The translations under genes were made by a program, and so were the position numbers. The notes under the pieces are model-generated. The model was not told the DNA's origin, did not search any database, and saw only the letters and a program-made list of their open reading frames with translations. A stretch of DNA of 64,000 nucleotides from Octopus bimaculoides (lineage: Eukaryota), in the NCBI RefSeq assembly GCF_001194135.2, contig NC_068986.1:96279659-96343658 (forward strand). The letters run 5' to 3'. Positions 14,051 through 27,818 of this stretch are shown here, in pieces. The number at the start of each line of letters is the position of its first letter. Within the stretch, counting starts at the first letter, position 1.

Positions 14051-15309
14051 GAGCATGGCTTCCACCATCATCATCATCACCTTTAATATGGAAGTCAAGG
14101 TCTGCATCATTATAACCTTAATCTGAGGCCCTTGTAAACATCACCACCAGGACTTTGGCAGGGATGCATTCAGCAGAGTTCACTCCGTTGTTAAAAATAT
14201 TTGAAACTTTTTTCTGGTTTGAGGATAAGTCAATACATTGATGAGTAGCTTCCTACTGTAGTAACATATGAGTCATGGTTTCTTCTTCCTTTCTTTTTCC
14301 CCACCATGCCTCTTTCTTTTAATAATACTTCTATCATTGTAGATTTTCTTGTAGCTAACAAATCCATTTGGTGGGGAGTGACTGTTTGTTATGGGATTGG
14401 TTGATCAGGAGTTGATACTTCTCATTTGCAAAGTTTCCTTTATATCTTGGTAAAACAAACAAAGCAATTTTTTTTTTTTGCTGTGGGGTGGTGCAATGTA
14501 ACCTAACCTAGGTTTTTTAAAAAAGGATTAGAATAATATAAGCAGACATCAATGCCCAGAATGCAACAAGTAAAATCCAAAGACACAGATTTTGGTGCAG
14601 TAACACATATACAGAATGGAGTATCGCCATATTGTATGTAATCAGCTTGAGAGTATGAATACAATAGCAAGTCTGACAGATAGATGTGAGGTCAGTAACA
14701 GGAGAGTGACTTCTCCTTGACATATTACTCAAACTACATCATCATCATTGTCATCATCATCTTCGTCATCTCTATTTTCCCTCCCACCCCAACTTTCTCC
14801 CAATTTCGATGCAGAAAGAATGTAGTCAAATATGTAAGGTATTGGACTGCTTAGTTCATATGCCTTCATTTCAAACCTGCTTTCAAGTAACAGTAGATAT
14901 TATACAGTTTGTGAAAGTAGAGTGTCTTGTAGAAGGAAACTACAACATAATGGCTATAAGCAGGAAGTGGAGATACATCTTAGTGGATGCAGTGAAGTAA
15001 AGTGTCTTGTCTAAGGTGACTTAACACAACGGATAAAACCAGTGATGGTGGTAGTACCTATTATAGAGTTAGATGGACTGTGGTGAAGTAGCACAACTTG
15101 TCTAAGGAGACAAAACAGCTGTTGTTATCTTGAACAACTGTTTGTATCAATGTCATCAATACAAGGGAACCTCTAAATGTGTGGGCTTTATCTCTTTCCT
15201 TCTTCCCATCATAATTGTTGTTCTGTATGTCAATGCGATTCACCCATATTGGCAAAGGGCCAACTTTACTATGCTCTTTTATTCAAAGAAATAATCGTTT
15301 CTAGTTCAA

Positions 15310-15705
15310 GCACAAAACAAGGCTGACTTTATTGTGATGCAGTGGAATGACCCTGAGAACTATGCCAGAAGAGCACAAACATTTGGTAGGGCTTCCCATG
15401 CTGTGCAGGTCAAAGAATAGAGGTCATAAGGGTTTATGTAGGGCCAACACCTCTACCTAGAAAAAAACAAAGTTACAGAAGCATCAACGACAATTCAAAA
15501 CTAACAAGACCTGAGAGAGGAAGTCTTTCTCTTGAGGAAATATATGACATGGTGCAACAAAATTCAAAAAGGAGCTGCAAGGCCAAAGAGCTGAAAAAGC
15601 ATGGGTCCAACTGGAGAGAAGCAGAAAAGATGGCTTAAAGTAAAGAACAATAGAGAAAAGTTGTCAGTGGCCTCCTATGATCTGGAGAGAGCAAAGAGTT
15701 TAAGT
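15310..15705 (+). mobile_element. RTE-like LINE 3'-end relic
   Basis: Degenerate ...KELKKHGSNWREAEKMA*SKEQ*RKVVSG-type RT C-terminal tail. Confidence 0.5.
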
Positions 15706-15904
15706 ATGTTACCTATGGTAGACTGGTGTCCTATCCAGGAGGATATTTTATCTTTCATCTACCTTTACATCATTAAACCAGACATATATTTGGACACTTT
15801 TTACATAGACACCCATATCATCATCATCATCGTCATTTTACACCCAATCATCACTTGCCATGTTCTAATGGGTTGAGTGCTTTGATGGGATCCAATGGGT
15901 CAGA

Positions 15905-17690
15905 AGACCACTATCTGTGAGGGAACCATCCTTTTGGAAGAGGGGTCCTATTTTGCAGCATACTGAGGCTGTTTCTTTGGCATAATGAAAGAAGGCCTTT
16001 GGGTTTGACTTAATGTTTTTTTTATAACCCAGGCTTCTTTATCTGCTCTCTCCCTCACATAAGATTGTTGCAGGCTTTTTTCAGTCTCCATCAGTGTTGT
16101 TTTTAGGTGGGGCCCTTCACTAGTTTTGGAATGTTGGTTGAAGCGATTTGCAACCTTCGTCCGTCGTCTTATGAGGATCTTCCTCTCTCTTGGATCCATG
16201 TTCCTTTTTGTGTTGGCCGTGTGCTCTGGGATATATTTCTGGCATATGCTTTGCATAACAAACATGAAATATTCTAGTTTCATGCCAATGTCTGGTGTGG
16301 AGAGACATTTCAGCCAGTCTTGTCTGAGGATTTCTTTTTGGATCAATTTCCAGTCTGCTTTGTGGAAGTTGGAGAGATTTTGGGTGCTTTTCCTTTAGGC
16401 TGTATGTTTCTGGTTAGTTTTGGTCAATACATAGACAGCTCTATTATGTTGTGATCCGAAACTAATGTCGGTGTCACTTTCACATCATGAATGATGTCCG
16501 TGTTGTTCGTGAAGCAGAGATCCAATATGTTATTTACCCTCGTTGGTCAGAGTACAATTTGCTCCATGAATAGGGCATTGGTGAGGTTGAGCAGGGACTT
16601 GTTTACAATGAGTCATTCCTGAGAACATGAGGACTTCGGAATTTTTGACATTGGGGAAGTTGAAATCACCCATAAGAAATATACTCAGATGATGTTCCAG
16701 TTTCATGAGGATTTCTTTAATTCTTGTGAGGCAATCTTCATACTTGCTTATGTGGTTTAGAACATCCAGTGGGTGATATGTATTGCATATGACTATATTG
16801 TGTTGTCATATGTATACAATTAGAGAGTCACAGACTGAATTTGAGTATGACAGTAAGACCTGGGGTGTGAGGTCTTCCTGGATGTATACAGCAACTCCAT
16901 CATAGCTCCTTTCCCTTCTGTCTGTTCGCAGTATGGTATATTTTGGTACGCGTACTTCTGCATCCTCCATATCAGGGCTCAGATGAGTTTCCATGAGTGC
17001 TATGCATAGGGCTTTATTGCATGCAGCAAGGTCTCCCAGGAAAAAATTTTGCTTTTGTTGTGATGCAACAGGTCTCCAATATTAAGTAAAAATATTAGTG
17101 TGACGACTGTGCAGGCATTACGGGAGACCATCCCATGTCTGTTGATTGTGATGAGCAAGGTTCCTTGTTTGTGCTTGATGTAGCCTGGTCAGCTGCTGCA
17201 CAATCTTTTGCGCCATGCACAAAAAAAAACTCTAGCTCAGCTGCTGCCTTGTGCATAACATCTGAAGAACGCATTGCATTTGCATACATTTTATTTGGAA
17301 AACGGTTGGTGCCTTTCCTCAGGGAGGTATTTCTCCTTAGGGAGCCTGTAGTTTTAGCGGGGTCTCAGTTTGTACCATCTTCCCCATGCCAACACTTGCC
17401 TTGTAGGTAAAATTTGCATGTCCTTGACTTAACTCCATATTTCTTCTCTCCTCTATGGCTTCAGATTCCATTGGAGTCTCCATAATCGAGTTTTCTGTCA
17501 GCTGGAGGAGGGAGAGATTGTTGGAGGTTGACAAGAGAGGTTTCTGGAGGTTGGCGGGAAAGTTTGTTGGAGGTCGGCGTGAGGCAAAGACATTATTCTG
17601 CTTAGCTGAGGCATCTGGGAAATATATAACTGCTGTCATTCACAGAAAAACTATTGTTTTACTGTGAGAAAAGTGCTGTTGAAGTGTTAA
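15905..17690 (-). mobile_element. CR1/L2-like LINE 5' portion (ORF1 remnant + AP endonuclease + linker), RT missing
   Basis: Minus frames give IALMETHL, GVAVYI, GDFNFP, NNILDLCFTN, VSDHN (EEP endonuclease motifs) and the NIKSNPKAF-like linker, with frameshifts. Confidence 0.85.
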
Positions 17691-17719
17691 GTGAAATTTG
17701 GCAATCGAGGATCGAATCT

Positions 17720-18516
17720 ACGCTATGCTTGCATGAAGCCACTACAAATACGTTGTGGAATAAAAAATTTATCTCCTGTCATGGAAAAAGTGTAACTGTC
17801 AAAATGCAGAATTATCGGAGTAATTAGCATTCAAAAAAGTATGTATGTATAGAAATGTATGAATGAAGTCTTTAATGTTTAAGATTCAAATTAAGGAAGT
17901 GCAATAATAATGTTTAGCAGTTCAAAACTGTGAGTAGGGAAATGCAGAATTAGGTCAGCTGATCATTAGAATCAAATATTGATCGCTTCTCTAAAATCTG
18001 CAGGTGGTATGGGTTATTTCCCTTGGGATGTTTAAATAAAATATTAGTAATATGTGGTAGATAGAAAGATCCATTGCAAAGGCCCTATTATCGATGTTTA
18101 TCAACAATCTAAGTATGTCACGAGGTTTCCACAAATGTGTTCTACTCATGTGTCAAATAAAGTATAAATGTGATATTGTCTGCAAAAATTAGAAATAGGA
18201 CACACAAAGAATCAATATTCAAAGTAATTGTACATAAAAAACGAAATGGGTTATTTTCCTTGGGTATTTAAAAAATATTGTACAGATGCTAAGGGTTATT
18301 TCCCTTGGATGGTTAAAAAAAAATTAGTTATATGAGGTAGATCCCTTCTGGGGGCCGTATTATCGATTTTTTCAACAATCTAAGTATGTTACGCGGTTTC
18401 CAGACATCAGTTCTACTCACGTGTTAAGTTTCATCAAAATCAATACAATAATGTAGGAGGAGTTAGCTAACAACGCTACAAACAAACACACACTGATTTT
18501 TAATATATGAAGAAGA
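17720..18516 (-). mobile_element. Non-autonomous Helitron-like element (5' end intact, internal duplication)
   Basis: Minus strand begins A|TCTTCTTCATATATTAAAAATCAGTGTGTGTTTGTTTGT (Helitron 5' TC pattern). Shares TTTTCCATGACAGG and TTTATTCCACAA blocks with the Helitron at 42.5-42.6 kb. Duplicated ~150-bp unit at ~18010-18160 and ~18290-18425. Confidence 0.6.
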
Positions 18517-18593
18517 TATTTCTGTATATTATATATATATATATATATATATACATATTTATGTATATTATATATATATACATATTTATGTGT

Positions 18594-18627
<34 letters not shown>

Positions 18628-21600
18628 CCTCACTCAGAGATTTAATATAGTATGAATATATAAATGTATATAGATATATGAATGTATATATATAAATATA
18701 TGTAAATATATATATATATATATATATACATACTTAATTATATCAAAGGGAAATGGAAATTAATAAAAGTTTTCACTTACAAGTGGCCTAGCATATAAAA
18801 GTTTAGTCCAAAGACTATGAATTACTCGTAAGGTACAGTGTATATTTAAATACACTAGAGGAATCCACTCATGGGATTTCTTACACTAGAAAGAACAGCT
18901 AGGTTCTAGAACCACAAAATTAGGGATAAAATGAAAAATAAAAACTTTTACCGTCCCTTTTCCTGGACCAATTGGTTTCTGACTTTAGTTTAGGAATTGA
19001 TTGCCTCGTGTTTATATATTTTAGTCTTAGGTGTACCTGTTGAAAACGACTTCACCTAGCAAATTATCTAATTTGCTAGATATATATATATATATACATG
19101 TGTATGTATAAATATATATGCATAGTTCCCAACCTGATGGCCTGGTTGTGAAGTTCACTTTGTTACAATATGGCTTTCAAGTTCACTCCTACCACATGTG
19201 TCTTCTACTATAGCTTTTGGCTGACCAATGCTTTATGAGTGGAATTTGTAGATAGAAACAGAATCTATTGTGTGTGTGCATGTGAATACCACTCCCTGAT
19301 CATATGAGGGTTCTTGTCTTGCAAGTTACCAGGTGACCTTATCATAGTTGCTGGTGCCATATAGAAAGTGCTCTGTACACTCTGTAAAGTGGTTTGCATT
19401 AGGAAGAGCATCCAGCTATAGAAGCCATATAAACGCAGAGTTTGGTGCAGTCTTCCAACTTGCCAGTTCCTGTCAAACTTTGCAACCTATACCAGCATAG
19501 AAAATAGACATTAAATAATGAAAATTATGTTTATATGTGTTTGAAAGTGTGTGTGTGTGTTTCTGTCTCATTGTCTTGATATTGCATGATTGTTGTAAAA
19601 CGAATATCATTTACTTCTAATTTTCTGCCAAGACATGTCTGATCATGGGGAAACAGGTATGAGTAGACAACAGGAAGGGCAGCCAGTGATGGAAAATGTG
19701 CCTCAATAAACTCTGTCTGACCCACACAAACATAGAAAAGTGGGCATTAAAACAATGATGATGATGATGAATATATCAGCTATTGCAAATATGTGCCTGT
19801 CCTATCAGCTATTGCAAATAGGACAGGCACATCTTTGTGTTGCTTCTATACACTAATAGATTAAGTTTTATTCAAATTACGTTGCTTTTTTTATTTTATT
19901 TTAATCTTTCTCTTCCCAACCAATTTTAGCCAAAAATAAAAATAGAATTTGATGGCTTATTTGACAATTACGAAAAAAAAAAAAATGAAACCCTTCTATA
20001 CAGAAGTAATAAAGCTTCCTACATACTGGCATAATCTATCATCAATGCAGTGATGGTATGTTACTAGATTTTTGCAGTAGCGGTTGTCCTAATAGTAATG
20101 ATGAGTCAATGGCACATCAATGCAGCAATAAAACAGGTTTAAAATGTAGACCAACAACACCAATAAATTGATGTGTCATCAATCTACTGACTCATTCCAA
20201 ATTTGTATACATTTGAACAAGCTGCAGTACATTGTATTTTCATCTGTCTCAACCCTGAAAAGCTCAACCATTCATGGGATTTAATCTCCACTTTTTCTTT
20301 GCCATGGTTACCTGTTCCATCTATCAGGTGTTGCCTATTACATGTATTATGTAACCATTTGTAACCCACACATCAGCTATGTCAAGCTTCTTTATCATTT
20401 CAAGGATGCATCTAAGTTTATATTACAAAATACATATTATATATCACTTATAATATACATCCAAGTTTGTTACACTCAAATCAAGAATATATTATAATTT
20501 AATATATATATCATCATCATCATCATCACTTAACATGTTTTCCATGCTGACATAAGTTGGACAGTCTGAGAGAAGGTGGCAACCATAAGGACTGTGCCAA
20601 GTTTTACTGTTGCCTTTGGCATGGTTTCTACAGCTGGATACCCTTCCTAATACCAAATACTTTACAGAATTTACCAGGTGCTTTTTACATGGCACCAGCC
20701 TGAGCCCTAGCAAGGTTACCAAGTAACTTGCAAAATAAAGACCCTCTTGACAGAGAGGGGGAGTAGTGTTGAGGGAGGTGGCTTTATTCTGGGTAACGAC
20801 GAGAGGGTAAACTATGATAGAAAGAAAGAAACATGTATCTTGCCATAGAGGAGAGACATGGTTACCTCCAGTTGGAAAAGAGAGGAGAGAATATAATATT
20901 ATATAAACTTGCACCCAAGCTTATGTTCGACAACTAGATACCAACAGAATAAGTATTAGGGTCAATTTGATTGATTAATTCCTTCAAGGTGGTGCTCCAG
21001 CATGGCAAAGAAACAAGTAAAAGAGAGGGGGAAAAAAGGAAAGAATATAAACATTTAGAAGCAATTGGGGATGAAGGATGTTTTTAATTTTTCGATCAAA
21101 TCTTCAAACTAATAGTTAGGTAAAGTAAGCCATTGTAATTAATCGACATCTGGGCCTTGTAAACAGCCAGTAAATTAAGAACAGACTAAAATAATTTTGT
21201 TTTTAAATCTGAAAACGAAGGTAAGCCTTTTGCGTTCGTTATGTTGAGGTAGGCTTTCCAAGGGAAGTAACTTGTACATTTACTATTTAAAACTTACCAT
21301 TCACATGTGACTAGTGCAGTTCATGAAAATGTATTAGCTAACCTTCTTTACTTCCATAACCAATTTAAAAATCAAACGACACAAATTTTCTTGCTTTACG
21401 ATCATTTACCTAGTATGAAAAGAGTCCAATGTATGGATTATCCCAGGTTGGCACTCATGAAGCTGATCTGTCATCAAAGGCATTCCTGCCATAACAGGAC
21501 TATATTATTCAGTATAATGGTAGAGTGAACTCTAAAGAAAATGTGGTTGCTATTCTTAGCAAGAGGATATAAAACAAGTACCAGCTGAGCACTGGAATTG

Positions 21601-21989
21601 ATGTAATCAACTAGCTTCCCTCCTGCAAAATTTCAGGCTTTTTGCCTAAAGTAGAAAGACAATGAGCTGCATCCAAGCTGGATCACTGCCTTCAATGGTT
21701 CCAAACAACAATTACTTATTTTCTCATCCTTCAAGAGAGAGCAAGGCTGCCAACCTGATTATAAAGATATAGTCATTCAATGTACTGCTTTTTTACAGAG
21801 TGGACTGGACTGGACACATTTTATGGAAGCACTAGCACTACTGAGGTTGTTTTGTATCCTGTAAAACCAAAACTCCTCACGACTCTCTGATGTATTCATT
21901 CATTCATATATTACATGCGTGTGTTTGTGTGTATTGGCCAGTGTGTCTCTCTGTCACAAAACTTAGCCATTTTACAGGGTTTTCGAGCA

Positions 21990-22228
21990 AGATCATTGCC
22001 AGTGCCACATAAAAGACACCATTTCGAGCGTGGCCGTTTTCGTGCGGGTGACACGTAAAAGCACCCACTACACTCTCTGAGTGGTTGGCGTTAGGAAGAG
22101 CATCCAGCTGTAGAAACTCTGCCAAATTAGATTGGAGCCTGGTGTTGCCATCCGGTTTCACCAGTCCTCAGTCAAATCGTCCAACCCATGCTAGTATGGA
22201 AAGCGGACGTTAAACGATGATGATGATG
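21990..22228 (+). mobile_element. SINE family B copy
   Basis: Ends GGACGTTAAACGATGATGATGATG. Confidence 0.85.
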
Positions 22229-23440
22229 AAATACATGGGTTGATATAATTAAAATTTATAATGGTGTTCCTGTATGGCAGTTGCCCAATGATTGGAACCG
22301 GCAAAAGGATTCATATGTTCCTTCATTTATTGCTTTCCTATACTGGCAAAAGTTTATTACTGAGGTATTATTTTTACAGCCAGATGCTTCCCCACATTAC
22401 TATTTTTCAATCAAGGAATTTTTATACCATTTGTCTTTGAAAGAGGCAGAGATATGCAGTGATCTGGTGACAGGGAATTATCAACATAACATCACTACCT
22501 TCTGCTGAAGCAATTTCATGTCAAAGTGTCACAGAATGTAAACATTTACAGACATAAATATATGGATGGGCTTTCATATAGTTTCCATCAACCAATTCTA
22601 CTCACAAAGTTTTAGTTGACCTGGAACAATAGTAGAAGACACTTGCCTAAGATGCCATGCATAGGGAGGCTAAATCCAAAAGCACCTAATTGCAACGCAA
22701 ACGTCTTAACCATATGTCCATGCCAACACCGGTAGAACATATATATATTAATTTTATACATATGGAGGGGTTAGTGTTAGAAAGGGCATCCAGCTGTAGA
22801 ACCCATGTCAAATCAGATTGGAACCTAGTGCTGCCCTCCAGCTTGCCAGTTTGTCAAATTGTCTCACCCATGCCAGCATGGAAAGCAGATAATAAGTGAT
22901 GAGGATGATGAAATATAATGGATTCAAGAGAAATGAGATTGACTGACACTGTCTCACTGAAGAGTGAAATCACCAAGCAATACAGAGCAGCCAAGCATAG
23001 CATCATGTATTCATTGGTGTTGAGAATGAAGTAGGATCTGAGAGATGTAGAAGAGAGTCATGCTGCAAACAATGCCAGTCTGAAAAGAAACAGCATGCAT
23101 AAAATTGCCGATAATTAAAGGTATGAAATGGCTTTGGCCAGGAATTGAAACCTGCTCATTAGTTTAGAATTTACACAACTTTCTATATTAAATTACTCTC
23201 AATACTTGAATGGTACCTGTATTTTATCAACTTTGGAAAGCTGAAAGGCAAAGAAGAAGGTCATACTTGACATGGAAGCATTTAAGGTAAAGTCGATAAC
23301 AATTCAGAACATAGAGGACTGTTATTAAATACCATAAGGCATTTTGTATGATGATCAAATAATTCTACTATCATGGTAGTAGTAATAGTAGTAGTTACAA
23401 GCACAATCATAATTACAACAACAGTAACAATACAAATATT

Positions 23441-23645
23441 TTATTTAACTTTTTTTTTCCCCTTTCCTCCCTTTTTCTTCTGATTATTCTTTGCCTTCAT
23501 CGATCGTTTGTCCTTCTTTAATCGTCTGTCAACCACCTTGAAAGGCCCCTTGGGTTTTGCCCCCTTTGTTCCACCACCTTTCTTAGATATCACATATGAA
23601 ACTTCTTTCTTCTGTTTCGTCAGCAAACCAGCTTTCTTGTATATT
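23441..23645 (-). CDS. FTSJ3: FTSJ3 exon 18, last coding exon (IYKKAGLL...KGPFKVVDRRLKKDKRSMK...KVK*)
   Basis: C-terminal YKKAG and KG.FKVVD.R.KKD motifs. TCCAG| acceptor, TAA at 23443-23441. The 18 exons sum to 2442 nt = 813 aa + stop. Confidence 0.96.
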
Positions 23646-24040
23646 CTGGAAACAGAAATAGACGAAGGATAGGAAAAAAGAAAACACACACACAAAAAAA
23701 AAAAACGTTTTAAATAGACACTTATCAATGTATACACATACATACACATACATTTACATACAGTACCATCATTTATTCGGTTGTCTAAGGTATACAAATG
23801 ATATGATATACACATGCATGTGTATATCATATCATTCAACCAATTCTAAAAGTGTGTATGTGTATATCACATGACTGAATAGACTATCAGATGTTGTTAC
23901 ACATCGCCGATTACAATGTGCTTTGCATCATTTTAGTCTTCAAAGGCTAAGTGAGCAGGCAAACATTCACCCACGATCGAAAGGAGGGATGGAGTAATGT
24001 GAAATGAACTCTTTTGCTCGAGAACACAATGCTCCACCCA

Positions 24041-24340
24041 GTCTGGGAATTGAACTTGTGATCTAGTAATCATTAGTGAAACTGCCTGACCATAGGCCAC
24101 ATGCCTTCATAATGTGTGTGTGTGTATGCATATACACACAGACATATTTAACAAGATCATTCATTAAGTTCTAATTGTGTGTGAGTCTGGGAATCGAACT
24201 TGTGATCTAGCAATCGTCAGTGCAACTGTCTGACCACTAGGCCATATGCCTTCATAACGTGTGTGCCTGTGTACACATGCACAAACTATACACAGACATG
24301 TTTAACAAGATCATTCATTAAGTTCTAATTGTGTGTGAGT
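24041..24340. repeat. Local tandem duplication of a ~150-bp unit
   Basis: GTCTGGGAAT...AACAAGATCATTCATTAAGTTCTAATTGTGTGTGAGT occurs twice head-to-tail. Confidence 0.8.
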
Positions 24341-25024
24341 GTGTCTATGTCCATGCACACCCACACCCATAATTAGAATTGGTGAAAAATCAATGCACTA
24401 TTGTTATTACACATGCATATACATACATAAATTTATATAAAATATATTCACTTCATCAATTATAGTCTTCCAAACCCAATACTAAGTACATCTCATCATC
24501 ATTTAACATCCGTTTTTCATGCTGGCAAGGGTTGGACAATTTGACAAGGGCTGGTAAAGCTGGGAGCTGCACAAGCTTCCATTGTCTGATTTAGCATGGA
24601 TTCAACAGCTAAATGCCCTTCTTAATGCTATTTTTTCATCTTATCCAGCTGTAAAAATCCTGTGAAAAGTCTCAGAAGTCTGGTGCAGGCTTCTGCTTGG
24701 CTGGCTCTTGTGAAACCGTTCTACCATGCTAGCATGGAAGATGGACATTAAACGACGATGATGATTTCCTAACCAGTTTGTTTCCTACCTTCCATGAAAA
24801 TTTGTCTGGCCATGAGGAAATATTACCTTATTTGGACACAAGGCTTGGAAACAGGGAGGGCATCTGACCATAAAAATCCCACTTCAATGAATTCCATCCA
24901 ATCCATACATGCATGAAAAAGTCATCATCATCATCATCATCATCACCATCGTACCCAAATGCAGACACACACACACACACACACCTTTTGACATACACAG
25001 AGATAGAGAGTATTCTGTACTTAC

Positions 25025-25119
25025 TCCTTAATCTTCAGCCATTTCTCCCTCTCTGAAGTGTCCACACAGTCTGTAATTGTCTCTGCCCTCTTTCGAACCT
25101 TCTGCAGTTTCTTTGTCAT
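25025..25119 (-). CDS. FTSJ3: FTSJ3 exon 17 (MTKKLQKVRKRAETITDCVDTSEREKWLKIKE)
   Basis: KK AE...D.SEREK-type motif. TACAG| acceptor, |GTAAGT donor. 95 nt. Confidence 0.95.
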
Positions 25120-26643
25120 CTGTACAATAACATCAACAACAAAATGATTTAAGTAAATATTAACAGATCACCTCCACTGACCAATTCTTCTCCTGCTATG
25201 TTGTAAAATCATCCATTAATTATTCATTTATAAAAGGAGTTACCCAATATGTGCAAACAAGAGTCTACATGGTTACTCAAGCTGATTTATATATATATAT
25301 AAAACCAAGCCTCTCTCAAATAACAGTTGATCATCTTCAAAAACTGGATAATGTAGTGTAGGGCTGTTCCCCAATAACAATGTTTAATTTGAAACTCTGG
25401 CTCAATTCTATGAAAAAATTTTCAATTACTATATTTTGATTTTAAGATATTCTGTAAAACATATATCAATAGCATGCACTCAGTCAAAGCCAAACTAGAT
25501 TCATGATTAACTTAAGAGAATTTTTTGTTATGCCAACTAATGTAAAAGAAGTTTATGAATCCATACACTAAAAGACGTGACCTATTTCCCCTTCACTTTG
25601 TCTATATCAACCACACCAAACAGGAGCTCTCTCCTTTACCCCACCAATAAACACATCCAAATGAATTCTAATGACATGAACAGCATTTAAAGGTTTTGCA
25701 GGTGAAACAGTGAAAAACTTTTCATCAAGCATTGGTCTTCTGAATAACTGTATTTATTCATTTGGACAATTTCTATCCCTGTTCACCATCTAAGGACTCT
25801 TACTCAATGGGACTATATATATACACCATGTGGATGAGTATTCCTCCACACACATCTTTGCATACAAACTTTAACACCTCATATTTTTCTTTTCTTTATT
25901 CCATTATTGTAAATAAATTAGTTATAACATATATTGATCACTTTCTCCATTTCCTTTGGCCTACATTATGAATAAGGGTTTAGGAATAATTACCCTAATC
26001 TATCCAAGAGATCTAGTATAGGCTTCAATCCAGCTTACAAAGCCAAACAATTTTAATATCTCTAATATAGCCCTTCGTGCAGTAACCTTAAATAAATGGC
26101 AGAACAATCACAGCTGAAATATCTCTGATCATAGTTCAGCTTGATCAGGGCTTATCTGAGATTAAACACCAATTTTGTTATACCCACAAACAATACAACT
26201 TCTACAATAGTTGCAAACCATGCCAGAAATAGCATATTAATCTCCCTCAAAAGGAAAAAAAGGGACAAATTAGATAATGGATAACATAATAAAAATACAA
26301 TAGTGTCTAAATAAGAACTGGAAGTAAAATAGCTGGAACACCTTACATCATACATTTGACAGATGAGGGCTAGACAATAATGATACTACACTAACAAAAA
26401 ATAGCTATTCCACCATCCATGATTGCTAACAGGAAGATGAATGTAAAATGGAAAGGAAAAGTGATTTGTAAGACATGCTTCAATAAATTTGGATATTTCC
26501 ATATCAACTGTCAAAGGAAGTGATTTTTACAGCCAGATGTCTAGCTGTCTGTTTTCCTCTCTCTTTCTTTCTGCAAGTATTTTTACCATTCACCAAACAA
26601 TCAAATGGTATAAATCACCAACAACAAAGAACTATCAACTATA

Positions 26644-27285
26644 GGCGTAAGAGTGGCTGTGTGGTAAGTAGCTTGCTTACGAACCACATGGTTCCAGGTT
26701 CAGTCCCACTGTGTAACACCTTGGGCAAGTGGCTTCCACTATAGCCTCGGGCCGACCAAAGCCTTGTGAGTGGATTTGGTAGACAGAAACTGAAAGAAGC
26801 CTGTCGTATATATGTATATGTNNNNNNNNNNNNNNNNNNNNNNNNNNNNNNNNNNNNNNNNNNNNNNNNNNNNNNNNNNNNNNNNNNNNNNNNNNNNNNN
26901 NNNNNNNNNNNNNNNNNNNNNNNNNNNNNNNNNNNNNNNNNNNNNNNNNNNNNNNNNNNNNNNNNNNNNNNNNNNNNNNNNNNNNNNNNNNNNNNNNNNN
27001 NNNNNNNNNNNNNNNNNNNNNNNNNNNNNNNNNNNNNNNNNNNNNNNNNNNNNNNNNNNNNNNNNNNNNNNNNNNNNNNNNNNNNNNNNNNNNNNNNNNN
27101 NNNNNNNNCATCCTTGACAACCGGTGCTGGTGTGTTTACGTCCCCGTAACTTAGTGGTTCGGCAAAAGAGACCGATAGAACAAGTACTAGGCTTACAAAG
27201 AATAAGTCTTGGGGTCGATTTGCTCGACTAAAGGCGGTGCTCCAGCATGGCTGCAGTCAAATGACTGAAACAAGTAAAAGAATAT
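26644..27285 (+). mobile_element. SINE family A copy spanning an assembly gap
   Basis: Head and tail present on either side of the N-run at the internal microsatellite. Confidence 0.8.
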
Positions 27286-27371
27286 AAAAAAACCCTCATG
27301 TTGTCCATGTTAGGTTCAGCAGATTTGAAGTGAGAGAGTGAGTTGATAAATAAGTAAGAGTCGCAACTTAC

Positions 27372-27464
27372 TCTGAGCTTTTTCCTGATTTTAGCTTCAG
27401 TAATCTTCTTTATAGGCCGAGCATCAACTTCTTTCATCTGCTTTTTGTATTCTTCCATTTCAGC
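27372..27464 (-). CDS. FTSJ3: FTSJ3 exon 16 (AEMEEYKKQMKEVDARPIKKITEAKIRKKLR)
   Basis: ARPIKK..EAK.RKK motif. TTCAG| acceptor, |GTAAGT donor. 93 nt. Confidence 0.96.
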
Positions 27465-27818
27465 CTGAAACAAACAACAGCATCAAAACAGATAATAGCA
27501 ATATTGAAAGGTTACACCAGTTCAGTCACATCTCCTGTATACAACCACTGAATAATTTAATAATGATCATTTTCTCAGCCCAGTTGTACACTTAATTCAT
27601 TTTCAATGGATCATTCACAGCCACTTACTTTCCAGCATTTATATATCAATATTGAATACATGTTTTATATTTTGCTGCCAAGCAGAATTTTATACACATT
27701 ATACAGTTTCCATGACTAAGATAGGTATTATTAATAATAATAATTGCTTCAAATTTTAGCATAAGACCAGCAATATTAGGGGTAGGCGGTCAGACGATTA
27801 TATCAATTCCAGCATTAA

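Noticed and set aside
16126-17667. Plus-strand ORFs 16126-16398, 17135-17410 and 17455-17667
   Set aside because: Antisense shadows of the minus-strand LINE.
20027-21300. Additional minus-strand micro-exon chain (ATG|GTAAGT at 21300, 21185-21110, ~20413-20027) resembling a TOP6BL-like N-terminus
   Set aside because: Phases do not join without invoking weak or missing splice sites; the similarity is from memory and likely over-fitting.
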